DNA of 64,000 nucleotides, taken from Bacilli bacterium. GTDB lineage: Bacteria; Bacillota_I; Bacilli_A; RFN20; CAG-449. The stretch spans positions 137,240 through 201,239 of the forward strand of contig DBGCPK010000017.1 of NCBI GenBank assembly GCA_048359995.1. The letters are read 5' to 3'. A program made the position numbers and the translations under genes. The notes under the pieces were generated by a model that was given only the letters and a program-made list of their open reading frames with translations, searched no databases and was not told the origin of the DNA. Numbering within the stretch: position 1 is the stretch's first letter; every line of letters starts with the position of its first letter. Of this stretch, positions 28,326 through 38,761 are shown piece by piece.

Positions 28326-31300
28326 TGTTTGTTTTCCTCCATTTTTTCTGCGTAATCGACCAAAAAACTCAAGCCGAAATTCTCGTTGTTCCGAAAAATT
28401 CCTCGCAGGAGAACGGCGTTTCCTTCTTTAAGCAGAGGGCGATATTGCTCTAACTGCCGCGAGAAAAAGACCGCTTCGATTTCCTGGCTGTCGTCAAATC
28501 CGTAGACAATCGCCATTCGGGTGTTGTTTCTGGTCGTAATTTCTTTGGTTTTGGTAATGATAATGCCGATATTCACCGATGCGGAACTCGAAGAAACCGT
28601 GAAAATTTTCTGAATCCGGTGACTCATTACGTATTCCGAATAACGATCGAATAGAGAACCGGAAATCAGAATTCCGATCGTTTCCAGTTCAAGTTCCAGA
28701 TTCAGCCGTTCGTCGTCTTCGACAAAGGCGATTTCCGGTTTCAGTTGCTCGTAGATGTCTTGCGAGAACAGGTTGCGGCTGCCGGCCGCGGTATTGTAAA
28801 ATTCGATTAGGAGAACCAGCGCCTTTCGCATTGTCGCCCGATTGTAAGTAAAACAATCCAATGCGCCGGCGTTGATCAGACTCATCAGATGATCCGCGGA
28901 GAAAGAATAGGGGAGAAGCCGTTGGACGACCTGCTCAAAATCGGTAAAATAGCCTCCCTTTACCCTTTCTTGGACGATGGCTTCGGCTAAGTGCTGAGGC
29001 AAACGTCGGATCGAAGAAAACGGGAGAAGGATTTTGTCGTCTCGGATCGAGTATTCCATTTCAGAACGATTGATGTTCGGGGTGGAAAGGCGAATCTGAA
29101 AGAGGTTGAATTCGTTCAGAAATTTACTGTACCGATCGGAAGAATTTCCCTGAAAAGTCAGCATTGTCGCATAAAAGTGATTCGGGTAATTCGCTTTCAA
29201 ATAGGCCATTTGATAGGCTAAAATCGCATAGGAAACGGAATGAGACTTGTTGAAGCCGTAATTGGCAAATTTGTCGATCCATTCGAAGATTTCTTCGGCG
29301 ATCGGCTTTCCAATACCGTTTTTCAAAGCGCCGTCGATAAAGCGATCTTTCAGCGCGTTCATCTTTTCCGAATCTTTTTTGGCGATCGCACGACGGAACA
29401 AATCCGCGTCGGCGAGGGAAAAAGAACTGATCTTTTGGGCGATTTCCATAATCTGTTCCTGATAGACGATGACTCCGTAAGTCGGTTTCAAAATCCGCTC
29501 GACAAGAGGGTGAGGATATCGGACTTCTTCTCGGTTGTTCTTTCGGGAAGCGTAAAGAGGAATGTTGCTCATCGGCCCCGGTCTGTAAAGAGCCAAAAGG
29601 GCGACGATGTCGTCAAAAGACTGCATTCGAATCGACTTCAAGGCACGCGTGATGCCTTCGCCTTCCAGTTGGAAGATCGCCTGCGTCAGTCCGGCGTTGA
29701 GAACGTCGAAAGTCTTCGGATCGTCGAAAGGAATCTTTTTGATCGAGAACGACGGAAAACTTCGTCGGATCATCGTTTCGCAATAAGAGATGATCGAAAG
29801 ATTTCTCAAACCCAATACGTCCATTTTGAGAAATCCGAGATCTTCGAGATAGGCCGCTTCGAATTCGCTGATCAGTTTTCCGTCCGCGCCGATTTTGGTC
29901 GGAAGAACGTCCCTGAGATCGGAATGGTTCAGAATCACTCCGCCGGCGTGAATGGATTCCTGACGAGGAAACCCTTCGATTTTTTTCGCCAAAGAAATCA
30001 AGGAGAAAAAATAAGGATCGCTGTACAAAGCGCGGAATTCTTCGCTTTTAAGGATCGCTTCGTCGATGCTTTGGTTGCCTTTGATCAAAGCGCAGAGCGT
30101 GTTGATGTCCGCGTTATTCGCGGAAAAGACCTTGCCGATGTCGCGGAGACCTTGCTTCGCTCCGATCGTTTGAAACGTTACGATGTTGGCCATTCGGTTC
30201 GGACCATAACGGGTGTTGATATAGTTGATGACTTCTCCTCGCGCGTAGTCGGCGATATCAATGTCGATATCCGGCATTGTCACCCGGCTCGGATTGAGAA
30301 ACCGCTCGAACATAAGATGATAACGGATCGGATCGACTTCCGTGATTCCCAACAGATAAGAAACCAACGATCCGGCCGCACTTCCTCTGCCCGGTCCTAT
30401 CGGAATCGATCGATTTCTGGCGTAATTGACGTAATCCTGTACGATCAAAAAATAGGAGCAGAAGCCCATTCGGTCGATGATGTCGATCTCGTATTCCAGT
30501 CGCTCCGCATACGTTTCATTCCATTCGACTTGCATCTTTTTGGCGTTTTGAATGCAGAGGAAAAAGAGGTATTTCTTCGTCGACATCTCCGACGATAGAG
30601 GATATTCCAGAAGGCTTCCGCGTTTTTTCGCCAAAGAAAAGGAGATCGCTTCGGCGATGCGGAATGAATTTGCCTTTTCGTCTTCGGTATAGAGGGTATC
30701 TACTGCCCGTTCACTTAAATAGTAATACGGCCCCTCTTCTTCTTTTTTTAATGTCAGACGTTCGTCGTCTCGGATCGCTTCGAGAATTTTTGCCGTCATC
30801 GCGTCCTTTTTATGCTCGTACAGATGCTTCGGAAAAATCACTTTTTCCAGATGATTTTCTTCGGAAAAACGCCGGTAGAGGCGGACGAGTTCCTTATCGC
30901 TTCGGGAATAATATTCGATCCCCAAATAAAACGAATCGTAAATTTCCTCGAATGCAGCGGCGATCTCGCGAAGCCGATTCGGATCTCGTTCGATCAGTCG
31001 GTTTAAATAAGGATTCGAAATCGTCGGTAAAACCATCGTCAGCCCGTTCGCGCGCCTTTTCAGATTTTCGAAGTTTTTTTCTTCCGACAGAAGTCGGCAA
31101 AGGGAAGCGTACCCGTCCTCATCGCGAATATACAGGTAGACGATGATGTCCTCTCCGTCGATCGGGAAGGAGAAATGCGTACCGTAAATCGGGGAAATAC
31201 CGTTCTTCCGGCAAAGCGCGTGGAGTTCCGGACAAGCAAAAAGATTATCCTTATCGGCAACCGCCGCATAGCGAATCCGATTTTTCATGCAGATTTCGAC

Positions 31301-31378
31301 GATTTGTTCGACTTTCAGCGCGCTGGAAAGAAAGGTATATCCGCTGATCACTTGCAATGGCACGTAATTCATCTTCAC
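28322..31378 (-). CDS. dnaE: DNA polymerase III alpha subunit, DnaE type
   Basis: 1018 aa. PHP domain at the N-terminus. 4-nt overlap with the polA start. Confidence 0.9.
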   Translation of the reverse strand: MKMNYVPLQVISGYTFLSSALKVEQIVEICMKNRIRYAAVADKDNLFACPELHALCRKNGISPIYGTHFSFPIDGEDIIVYLYIRDEDGYASLCRLLSEEKNFENLKRRANGLTMVLPTISNPYLNRLIERDPNRLREIAAAFEEIYDSFYLGIEYYSRSDKELVRLYRRFSEENHLEKVIFPKHLYEHKKDAMTAKILEAIRDDERLTLKKEEEGPYYYLSERAVDTLYTEDEKANSFRIAEAISFSLAKKRGSLLEYPLSSEMSTKKYLFFLCIQNAKKMQVEWNETYAERLEYEIDIIDRMGFCSYFLIVQDYVNYARNRSIPIGPGRGSAAGSLVSYLLGITEVDPIRYHLMFERFLNPSRVTMPDIDIDIADYARGEVINYINTRYGPNRMANIVTFQTIGAKQGLRDIGKVFSANNADINTLCALIKGNQSIDEAILKSEEFRALYSDPYFFSLISLAKKIEGFPRQESIHAGGVILNHSDLRDVLPTKIGADGKLISEFEAAYLEDLGFLKMDVLGLRNLSIISYCETMIRRSFPSFSIKKIPFDDPKTFDVLNAGLTQAIFQLEGEGITRALKSIRMQSFDDIVALLALYRPGPMSNIPLYASRKNNREEVRYPHPLVERILKPTYGVIVYQEQIMEIAQKISSFSLADADLFRRAIAKKDSEKMNALKDRFIDGALKNGIGKPIAEEIFEWIDKFANYGFNKSHSVSYAILAYQMAYLKANYPNHFYATMLTFQGNSSDRYSKFLNEFNLFQIRLSTPNINRSEMEYSIRDDKILLPFSSIRRLPQHLAEAIVQERVKGGYFTDFEQVVQRLLPYSFSADHLMSLINAGALDCFTYNRATMRKALVLLIEFYNTAAGSRNLFSQDIYEQLKPEIAFVEDDERLNLELELETIGILISGSLFDRYSEYVMSHRIQKIFTVSSSSASVNIGIIITKTKEITTRNNTRMAIVYGFDDSQEIEAVFFSRQLEQYRPLLKEGNAVLLRGIFRNNENFGLSFLVDYAEKMEENKQ

Positions 31379-31459
31379 TCACCATTTCTTATTATAGAGG
31401 AAAACGGCTTAAAATTATAGTCGTTTGAAAAAAATTAAAACGGTTGCGCGGTCGAAAGA

Positions 31460-32269
31460 TCAAATCAATTCCAGTTCGATCAATTTGCGATAAATTCCGT
31501 CGTGATCGTTATCCGATGCCTGTTCCGCGAAAATGCGTTTCAGTTCTTCCGGCGCATTGCCCATCAGCACTCCTTTGCCGACGATTTTCAGCATCGCTTC
31601 GTCGTTGTAGTTGTCGCCGAACGCCAACGCTTTGAAAAGGTCGATTTTCCGCAATGCGCAAAATCTTTCGACTGCTTCGGCTTTGCCGACACCTTGGGCC
31701 GTGATTTCGATCTGGCAGGAAGAGGATTTGACGACAGTCAATCGGGAGAATCGCTTTTTCAACTCGGCTTCGATCTGATTCGAATTCGACAAAGAGCAAA
31801 TCAGCAGAATTTTGTGAACCGTTCCTTCCGGAATATCGTCCATCGTTCCGGCAATGGCCGTCGTTTTGACGATCCGTTCTTCTTCGGCGATCCTCGGATC
31901 CGCGCGATCTTTGACGATCCATCGATCAAAAGAATAAAGACACCAACTCAGATCATATCCGGCGCCGTCTAAATAGCGGACGATTTCTTCGGCGACGGCT
32001 TTCTCCATCCCACGATGAAAGAGGATGCTTTTATTTTCGTCAAGAACCAATGCGCCGCTGTAAGCGATCAAAGGGCATCGGAGTCCGATCTCGTTCAAAA
32101 TCGGAAAAATACCCGAAGGGCTGCGTGCCGAAACCGGTACAAAGGGAATTTTTGATTTTGCCAGATAGAGAATCGCTTGCCTAGTCAAAGGACGGAGACG
32201 ATGAGAGGAATCCAGCAGAGTTCCGTCGATATCGCTGAAAACGATACTGTAATTTTTCATTTTCATCAC
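31460..32269 (-). CDS. Cof-type HAD-IIB hydrolase
   Basis: FSDIDGTLL motif and a Cof cap domain. Confidence 0.8.
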   Translation of the reverse strand: MMKMKNYSIVFSDIDGTLLDSSHRLRPLTRQAILYLAKSKIPFVPVSARSPSGIFPILNEIGLRCPLIAYSGALVLDENKSILFHRGMEKAVAEEIVRYLDGAGYDLSWCLYSFDRWIVKDRADPRIAEEERIVKTTAIAGTMDDIPEGTVHKILLICSLSNSNQIEAELKKRFSRLTVVKSSSCQIEITAQGVGKAEAVERFCALRKIDLFKALAFGDNYNDEAMLKIVGKGVLMGNAPEELKRIFAEQASDNDHDGIYRKLIELELI

Positions 32270-32465
32270 GATTTCATTTTAACAGGTTTTTTTTGTTTTG
32301 TAGATGCTTATTTCGGAATCGTAAAAAAAGTTTTTAAGGGAAAGAGAGAGAAGAATTCAAAAGTGCTTTTTTAAGAAAAAAAGAGGAAATTTCACGTTGG
32401 AAAGAGACCCGCTCGCTTGGCAGAGACAAAAAATCTACAAATTGCGCGAAAATGCAAAATTATGG

Positions 32466-32494
32466 TTGATTTTCTCAAATTCATTTTCTATAAT
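32466..32494 (+). promoter_or_regulatory. Sigma-A promoter for rpsU
   Basis: TTGATT, 17-nt spacer, TATAAT. Confidence 0.5.
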
Positions 32495-32537
32495 TCTTAA
32501 TGGCAGAAGCGAAAAGGCTTCAAAAGGGGTGAATTAG

Positions 32538-32711
32538 ATGCCAAAAACAGTAGTTCGTGAAAATGAATCGATCGACGATGCGTTGAGAAGATTCAAAAGA
32601 CAAGTCAACAAAGCCGGTACCCTTGCTGAAGCTCGTAAACGCGAATTCTATTTAAAGCCGGGACTCAAAAGAAAAATGAAGTCCGAATTGGCTCGTAGAA
32701 AATCCTATTAA
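32538..32711 (+). CDS. rpsU: 30S ribosomal protein S21
   Basis: 57-aa product [66 protein letters not shown]. Absent from the ORF track because it is under 60 aa. Confidence 0.9.
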   Translation: MPKTVVRENESIDDALRRFKRQVNKAGTLAEARKREFYLKPGLKRKMKSELARRKSY

Positions 32712-32720
32712 AACCGACAG

Positions 32721-32758
32721 AATGCCGAATGCGAAATCGTTCGGCATTTTATTTTTTT
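32721..32758 (+). terminator. Intrinsic terminator of rpsU
   Basis: AATGCCGAA...TTCGGCATT stem followed by TTATTTTTTT. Confidence 0.6.
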
Positions 32759-32862
32759 CGACTTATTCCGCATTCGCATATATGAATAAAATGAGAAATA
32801 CGCTCGTTCTGTTCATCTTCAAACCCTTTTCACGAGGAATGTCTTCTTTTTTTTAAATATTA

Positions 32863-32891
32863 TTGACATCGCTATTCGGTATACCTATAAT
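32863..32891 (+). promoter_or_regulatory. Consensus sigma-A promoter for the regulator-potABCD operon
   Basis: TTGACA, 17-nt spacer, TATAAT. Confidence 0.5.
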
Positions 32892-32962
32892 CTTTTCGTT
32901 GTATAGTTTAAAATTACTAAACTTATTTTTTAAAATTATCAAACTCGCAAGGAGGCGGAGAG

Positions 32963-33499
32963 ATGAAAATCGGAAAGAAAATCAAACAACTTCGAACGAT
33001 GTACAATTTGACCCAGGAAGAACTGGCCAATCGTCTCGAATTGACGAAAGGATACATCTCCCAATTGGAGAACGATCTCACCGAACCGTCGATCTCCACG
33101 CTGGAAGATATCGTGCTGGCATTGGGAACCAACCTGAGCGATTTCTTCAAAGACGAGGAAGTCGAAGAGCAGATCGTCTTCCGAAAGGACGACTATTTTA
33201 TCAAAGAGAATCCGGGATACAGCATCACTTGGCTGATTACCAACGCTCAAAAGAATGAAATGGAACCGATTATGGTGACGATTCAGCCGAAATGCCGGAC
33301 CGATATCGATTATCCCCATGAGGGACAAGAATTCGGCTATGTGCTGGAAGGCGAAGTGCTTCTGAGTCTCGGAAATAAAAGATACAGGCTGAAAAAAGGT
33401 GAGTCCTTTTATTACGATTCGTCCATCAATCACAGCTTGAGCAATGTCAAGGATAAAGTCTGCAAATTGATTTGGGTTTCAAGCCCGCCGAATTTTTAA
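32963..33499 (+). CDS. XRE-family HTH + cupin transcriptional regulator (PuuR-like)
   Basis: N-terminal HTH_3 LTQEELANRLELTKGYISQLE. C-terminal cupin-like beta-rich domain. AAGGAGG RBS. Confidence 0.75.
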   Translation: MKIGKKIKQLRTMYNLTQEELANRLELTKGYISQLENDLTEPSISTLEDIVLALGTNLSDFFKDEEVEEQIVFRKDDYFIKENPGYSITWLITNAQKNEMEPIMVTIQPKCRTDIDYPHEGQEFGYVLEGEVLLSLGNKRYRLKKGESFYYDSSINHSLSNVKDKVCKLIWVSSPPNF

Positions 33500-33515
33500 A
33501 GAAGGAGAAGGAAAA

Positions 33516-35027
33516 ATGGAAAATCAAGAGACAATCATCGAACTGGTCGGCGTCAATAAAATGTTTGACGACAGCTACGCGGTGGAAAACTTCAATCTGC
33601 AAGTGAAAAGGGGACAATTCGTTACTTTTCTAGGACCTTCGGGGTGCGGAAAAACGACGACGCTCCGAATGATCGCGGGATTTGAAATTCCGACCAGCGG
33701 CAAAATTCTTCTTAACGGCGAAGATATCGCTCAACTCCCGCCGTACAAACGTCCGGTCAATACGGTATTTCAACGATATGCGCTGTTTCCTCATTTGGAC
33801 GTTTACGACAACATCGCTTTCGGATTGAAACTGAAACGAATCAAAAAGACGGTAAAAGACAAGCGCGGAAAGGAAAAGACGAAGACAGTTCGCCTTTCAC
33901 AGAAAGAAATCGACGAGAAAGTCGTTCGCGCGTTGAAGATCGTCGATCTGGAACAGTTTGAATCCAGAAACGTCACGACTCTTTCCGGCGGACAGCAGCA
34001 AAGAGTGGCGATCGCAAGAGCCATCGTCAACGAACCGCAGATTCTCTTGCTCGACGAGCCTTTGGGTGCATTGGATTTAAAAATGCGCAAAGAAATGCAG
34101 ATCGAATTGAAAGAAATGCACAAAAAACTGGGAATAACGTTTATCTACGTGACTCACGATCAGGAAGAAGCGTTGACGATGTCGGATTTGATCGTCGTGA
34201 TGAAAGACGGCATGATTCAGCAGGTGGGAACCCCGACGGACATCTACAACGAACCGGCGAACGCTTTCGTTGCCGATTTTATCGGCGAGTCGAATATCTA
34301 CGTCGGAACGATGTATGCGAAGAGAAAGGTTCGCTTTTTGGGGAAAGTATGGGATTGCGTCGACGATTTTCCGATTCACGAAAAAGTGGACGTGGTGATT
34401 CGCCCGGAGGATATCCGAATCTGCGAAGCGGAAAAGGGGATCGCCAAAGGTCGAATCGTCGACTGCACGTTCAAGGGAATCCACTACCAGTACACGGTGA
34501 TGGTCGGAAAAAACGAAGTTTTGATTCAGTCGACGTTGCAGTACGAAACGGATATTGAAGTCGGTCTTTCTGTCGAACCGGATCTGATTCACATCATGAA
34601 ACGGGAAATTTCCTCTAACGTCTTCGAAGGGTACGTCAATAAGAACAATCAAGTCTTTTTTGCCGAAGCGGCATGGGATTGCGATCTGACCGGTCTTCTT
34701 CCCCGTTCGCATCTTTCCGAAGAGGGCTATTTGATCGACGAAAAAGGAAAACGTTACGATTTGGAAGACGCGGACGTCTCCGTCGAATTCGATATGAACG
34801 ATGTCGATATCAGCGATAATTTGGAAGAAGGAAACATCACCGGCACGATCATCGAAATGGTGTACAAAGGAGACCATTATCAATTGATCGTCCGGACGGA
34901 AGACGAGGATGATTTTGTCATCGATACCGAATGGACTTGGAATATCAACGATATCGTCAGCATTCGCATTCCGAAAGAAAAGATCAAACTGACGCTGAAA
35001 GGGGATATTTCCAAATATGAAGTTTAG
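33516..35027 (+). CDS. potA: Spermidine/putrescine ABC transporter ATPase with about 130-aa C-terminal extension
   Basis: Walker A GPSGCGKTT, signature LSGGQQQRV, and a TOBE domain. An extra C-terminal domain makes it 503 aa. Confidence 0.85.
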   Translation: MENQETIIELVGVNKMFDDSYAVENFNLQVKRGQFVTFLGPSGCGKTTTLRMIAGFEIPTSGKILLNGEDIAQLPPYKRPVNTVFQRYALFPHLDVYDNIAFGLKLKRIKKTVKDKRGKEKTKTVRLSQKEIDEKVVRALKIVDLEQFESRNVTTLSGGQQQRVAIARAIVNEPQILLLDEPLGALDLKMRKEMQIELKEMHKKLGITFIYVTHDQEEALTMSDLIVVMKDGMIQQVGTPTDIYNEPANAFVADFIGESNIYVGTMYAKRKVRFLGKVWDCVDDFPIHEKVDVVIRPEDIRICEAEKGIAKGRIVDCTFKGIHYQYTVMVGKNEVLIQSTLQYETDIEVGLSVEPDLIHIMKREISSNVFEGYVNKNNQVFFAEAAWDCDLTGLLPRSHLSEEGYLIDEKGKRYDLEDADVSVEFDMNDVDISDNLEEGNITGTIIEMVYKGDHYQLIVRTEDEDDFVIDTEWTWNINDIVSIRIPKEKIKLTLKGDISKYEV

Positions 35028-35814
35028 ATTTCAAAGGAAGTACCTTTCGCTTCCGTACATCTTGTTTTTCCTCTTTTTCGTGATTGCACCGATCGTCCTG
35101 ATCGTGGTTTACGCGTTTACCGATCGCGTCAGCGGCGGTTTCAGTTTCTCCAACTTGGTGAAATTCTTCTCCGATTCGACGAATATCAATGTGCTGATTA
35201 TTTCGTTGGTCTACGGTTTGGTTAATACGGCGCTATGCTTGCTTATCGGTTATCCGATTGCCTACTTCCTTGCCGATCGGAATGTCAATAAATCCGGCGT
35301 ATTGGTTACCTTGTTCATCATGCCGATGTGGATCAATTTCGTTATCCGTACAGGCGCGACCCGCGATCTTCTGTCGTGGATCGGACTTTCCGGCGGGGCC
35401 AATCCGGAATTGGCGACGATTATCGGCTTGGTCTATAACTATCTGCCTTTCACGATTCTTCCTCTCTATACGACGATGCTCAAAATGGATCGGAGTCAAA
35501 TCGAAGCGGGGAAAGATTTAGGAGCGAATCCGGTGCAGAATTTCGTCCGCGTGATCATTCCTCTGACGATGCCGGGAATCGTTTCCGCGGCGACGATGGT
35601 CTTTATGCCGACAATTTCTTCCTACGTCATTTCCGATATTTTGTCCGAATACAATGTGGTCCTATTCGGAAGTTACATCGATCTGTATTTTAATCAGTCC
35701 GACTGGAATTTCGGCTCCTTTATGGCCTTGATAATGTTGGCTTTGATTTTGATCAGCGTCCTGATGACCAGAAAGTTTTCCAAAGAGGAAGGAGGAAAAG
35801 AATCGATATGGTAA
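35017..35814 (+). CDS. potB: Spermidine/putrescine ABC transporter permease
   Basis: Six TM helices and an EAA-like loop. Start overlaps the potA stop. Confidence 0.85.
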   Translation: MKFRFQRKYLSLPYILFFLFFVIAPIVLIVVYAFTDRVSGGFSFSNLVKFFSDSTNINVLIISLVYGLVNTALCLLIGYPIAYFLADRNVNKSGVLVTLFIMPMWINFVIRTGATRDLLSWIGLSGGANPELATIIGLVYNYLPFTILPLYTTMLKMDRSQIEAGKDLGANPVQNFVRVIIPLTMPGIVSAATMVFMPTISSYVISDILSEYNVVLFGSYIDLYFNQSDWNFGSFMALIMLALILISVLMTRKFSKEEGGKESIW

Positions 35815-36614
35815 AAAAGATTTTGGCTAAATGCTACATTTATTTGATTCTCCTGTTGATGTATCTTCCCATTTTAATTCTAGTCGTTTTTTCGTTTACC
35901 GTGAGCGATCAGGTGGGTGTATGGACGGGATTTTCCTTTCAACTTTACTTTGATCTTTTCAAAAATAAAGATTTGATGAACGCGGTGGGAAACACCATGT
36001 TGATCGCTTTCGTCAGCGCATTCGTATCTACGATAATCGGAACTTTGGGCGCAGTCGGCACATTCTATTCTTCGAAAAGAACCAAGAAAGCGGTGGAAAC
36101 TTTGACGCAGATACCTGTCGTCAATGCGGAGATCGTCATCGCGCTTTCTTTGGCCGTTCTCGTCGTCGCTCTGTCTTGGAAATTCAGTTTCTTCACATTG
36201 CTGATCGGACACGTCGTGCTGACCGTAGCGTTCGTCTATCTCAACGTCAAGCCGAAACTGATTCAAATGGATCCGTTTACCTATGAGGCGGCATTGGATT
36301 TAGGCGCTAAACCGGGATATGCTCTTTATAAGGTGATACTGCCGGAGATTCTTCCGGGTATCTTTTCGGGATTTATGATCGCATTTACACTTTCTCTGGA
36401 CGATTTTGTCATCACGCAATATTTGAAAGAACCATCGTTCGAGACGATCTCGACCTATATTCAGAAGATTATCGCCAAACACCCGATTCCTGCCGAAGTG
36501 AGGGCGTTGTCCACATTGATATTCGTCATCGTCCTGTTGGTCGTAGTCGGCAATACGATCAAGAACAATCGCCGAGCCAAGCAGGCCGTGCAAAGAAGAA
36601 AGCGAGGGTATTGA
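35808..36614 (+). CDS. potC: Spermidine/putrescine ABC transporter permease
   Basis: Six TM helices. Start overlaps the potB stop. Confidence 0.85.
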   Translation: MVKKILAKCYIYLILLLMYLPILILVVFSFTVSDQVGVWTGFSFQLYFDLFKNKDLMNAVGNTMLIAFVSAFVSTIIGTLGAVGTFYSSKRTKKAVETLTQIPVVNAEIVIALSLAVLVVALSWKFSFFTLLIGHVVLTVAFVYLNVKPKLIQMDPFTYEAALDLGAKPGYALYKVILPEILPGIFSGFMIAFTLSLDDFVITQYLKEPSFETISTYIQKIIAKHPIPAEVRALSTLIFVIVLLVVVGNTIKNNRRAKQAVQRRKRGY

Positions 36615-36615
36615 T

Positions 36616-38328
36616 ATGAAGAAAAAAATCCGTTTTCTATGCGCTTTGTCGCTATTAACAATCACATCTGTCGGATTTCTTTCTGCGCGCGAAAAAGATT
36701 TTAAGGAAAAAACCGCCTTGAAATCCGCGGAAAAGGACTTCAAGAGCGCCGCTTTGACGATTTACAATTCTTCGGATTACATCGACGATTCTTTGATCGA
36801 CGAATTTGAAGAAAGATACAACTGCCGTGTCAATTACTACACTTTTGACACCAACGAGACGATGTACAATCAATTCACTTTGCAGCCGGAGGGAACTTAC
36901 GACTTGATTTGCACATCGGATTACATGATTCAGCGCATGGTAAGAGAGGGAAGACTTCAACCGTTCGATATCGCCGAAGAATGCCCTGTTTACGATCAAT
37001 ACGCTTCCCAAGAAGTCCGAGGAAAACTGAAAGGAATGCTTGCCGATACCGACGGAGACGGAATTAAAGAAACTTCTCTCGACGAATATGCCGCCGGATA
37101 TATGTGGGGGACGTTGGGAATCATCTACGATCCGTTTTGCAGCGAAACGATTCGCGAAGATGTAAAATCTTGGGACGTATTTTGGGACGAACAGTACAGA
37201 AATTTGATTTCGATCAAAAATTCCATGCGCGATACATTTGTCGTCGGTTTGATGCACGCTTACAGCGGCTCTCCGTATTCGGACGTCGACGATTTGGCCG
37301 TGCAGGCTCGCGAAGTTTTTTTAAGAGAGATGGAAAGTGCCGTTTCCGAAGAAGAAAAGGATAATGCGAGAGAAAAATACAATCGGGTGATCCAGTCGAT
37401 TTTCGACATGGTAATCAATGAAGAGGACTACAAACCTGTGTTGGAAACGGTCAAAAAAGAGTTGATTTCCTTGAAAAAAAATATCTTTGGTTTAGAAGTG
37501 GATTCGGGGAAAAACGATATCATCACCGGAAAGATCAAAATGAATCTCGCTTGGTCGGGCGATGCGGTATATTCCATCGACGTTGCTATGGAACAGCAGG
37601 GGAAAGTTTTGGAATACTATGTGCCGGAAGAGGGAGGAAACGTTTGGTACGACGCGTGGGGATTACCGAAAGGGGCGAATCGGGAATTGGCTTGCCGTTT
37701 CATCGATTTTCTTTCCGAACCGGAGAACGCCGCGCGGAATATGGATTACATCGGATATACTTCTTTCATCACCTGCGACGAAGTCCTCGATTTGGTCACT
37801 TCTTGGTATGGTGTCGGCGAATACTATGAGGGAACGGAATATACCGCTCCATATGTCGACGAAAGCGGAGAAGAAGTAGAGGGATCCGTGGTTGCTTATC
37901 AGGGAAATTTTTATGCTTGCATTCAAGATTCTCTCGGAAATCTTCCGACCGATGAAAACTACTTTGAAAAGATGGAAGAAACACCGGATTTCGATGAGAC
38001 TTACGATCTATCTTATTTGTTCAAGGGGAATATCGACGAATCGAGAAGCGCGGTGATTTATCCATACTTAGAAAGCGCGAACCAGTTGAAAACGCAATAT
38101 CCCGATAAGGATACCTTAGCCCGTTGCGCGGTGATGAACGATTTCGAAGCCGCTAACGACGATGTCGTCATTATGTGGGGGCAAATCAAAGCCTATACCG
38201 ATATGACCCCGTATTATGCGATTTTGATCATCTTCGCTTGCGGAATCTTGGTGGTTTCCGTTTATACTTTGATCGTAAAGAGAAGATCGATTCGCAATAA
38301 GCGACGTCTGTCTTCGATGACTAAATAG
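36616..38328 (+). CDS. potD: Polyamine-binding protein PotD-like, extended, with C-terminal TM anchor
   Basis: Signal peptide. PotD core LTIYNSSDYID...TSDYMIQRMVREGRLQPFD. Internal insertions. C-terminal hydrophobic helix then a basic tail. 570 aa. Confidence 0.75.
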   Translation: MKKKIRFLCALSLLTITSVGFLSAREKDFKEKTALKSAEKDFKSAALTIYNSSDYIDDSLIDEFEERYNCRVNYYTFDTNETMYNQFTLQPEGTYDLICTSDYMIQRMVREGRLQPFDIAEECPVYDQYASQEVRGKLKGMLADTDGDGIKETSLDEYAAGYMWGTLGIIYDPFCSETIREDVKSWDVFWDEQYRNLISIKNSMRDTFVVGLMHAYSGSPYSDVDDLAVQAREVFLREMESAVSEEEKDNAREKYNRVIQSIFDMVINEEDYKPVLETVKKELISLKKNIFGLEVDSGKNDIITGKIKMNLAWSGDAVYSIDVAMEQQGKVLEYYVPEEGGNVWYDAWGLPKGANRELACRFIDFLSEPENAARNMDYIGYTSFITCDEVLDLVTSWYGVGEYYEGTEYTAPYVDESGEEVEGSVVAYQGNFYACIQDSLGNLPTDENYFEKMEETPDFDETYDLSYLFKGNIDESRSAVIYPYLESANQLKTQYPDKDTLARCAVMNDFEAANDDVVIMWGQIKAYTDMTPYYAILIIFACGILVVSVYTLIVKRRSIRNKRRLSSMTK

Positions 38329-38614
38329 CGGAGAGTATGTAGCGATAGCATAATCACAAACGGGTATAAGTCCGGATCCGATCGTGATAAAAACGACGAG
38401 AACGAATCATGCGAGACGCAAAGCAAGCAGAGATAGGAAGAAAGTTAATGAGGAGACGACGATGTTGTTTTAGTGCATCGATAAATCAAAAATTCCCGAT
38501 GCCGCTGGGTGCGAAGAGGAAAGAATCTTTATGCGTAGATCGACGAATATCTTTTTACGATTCGATAATCACCGCAAAGAAAATTCATTGCTCGCAAACG
38601 AAAAAAGAATGTTT

Positions 38615-38715
38615 ATCGTTGACGGATTGTTGAAAAATACATCGATCGTCTAAGAAAAAAGCCCCGAGATCAGGGGCTTTTTGGTTTATTTTCAAGATGG
38701 AGCTAGCGACGGGAA
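38615..38715. repeat. 101-bp direct repeat, copy A (contains an 18-nt copy of the tRNA-Gly 3' end)
   Basis: Matches 39693..39793 at 98 of 101 positions. Includes the GCCCCGAGATCAGGGGC terminator hairpin and TGGAGCtAGCGACGGGAA. Confidence 0.85.
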
Positions 38716-38761
38716 ACAAGTATTTAATGGGGATATTGCAATAGCAATATCGATTTTACAT

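Noticed and set aside
38409-38633. 74-aa + strand ORF before repeat copy A
   Set aside because: No RBS, odd composition, and it overlaps the direct repeat. Likely noncoding.
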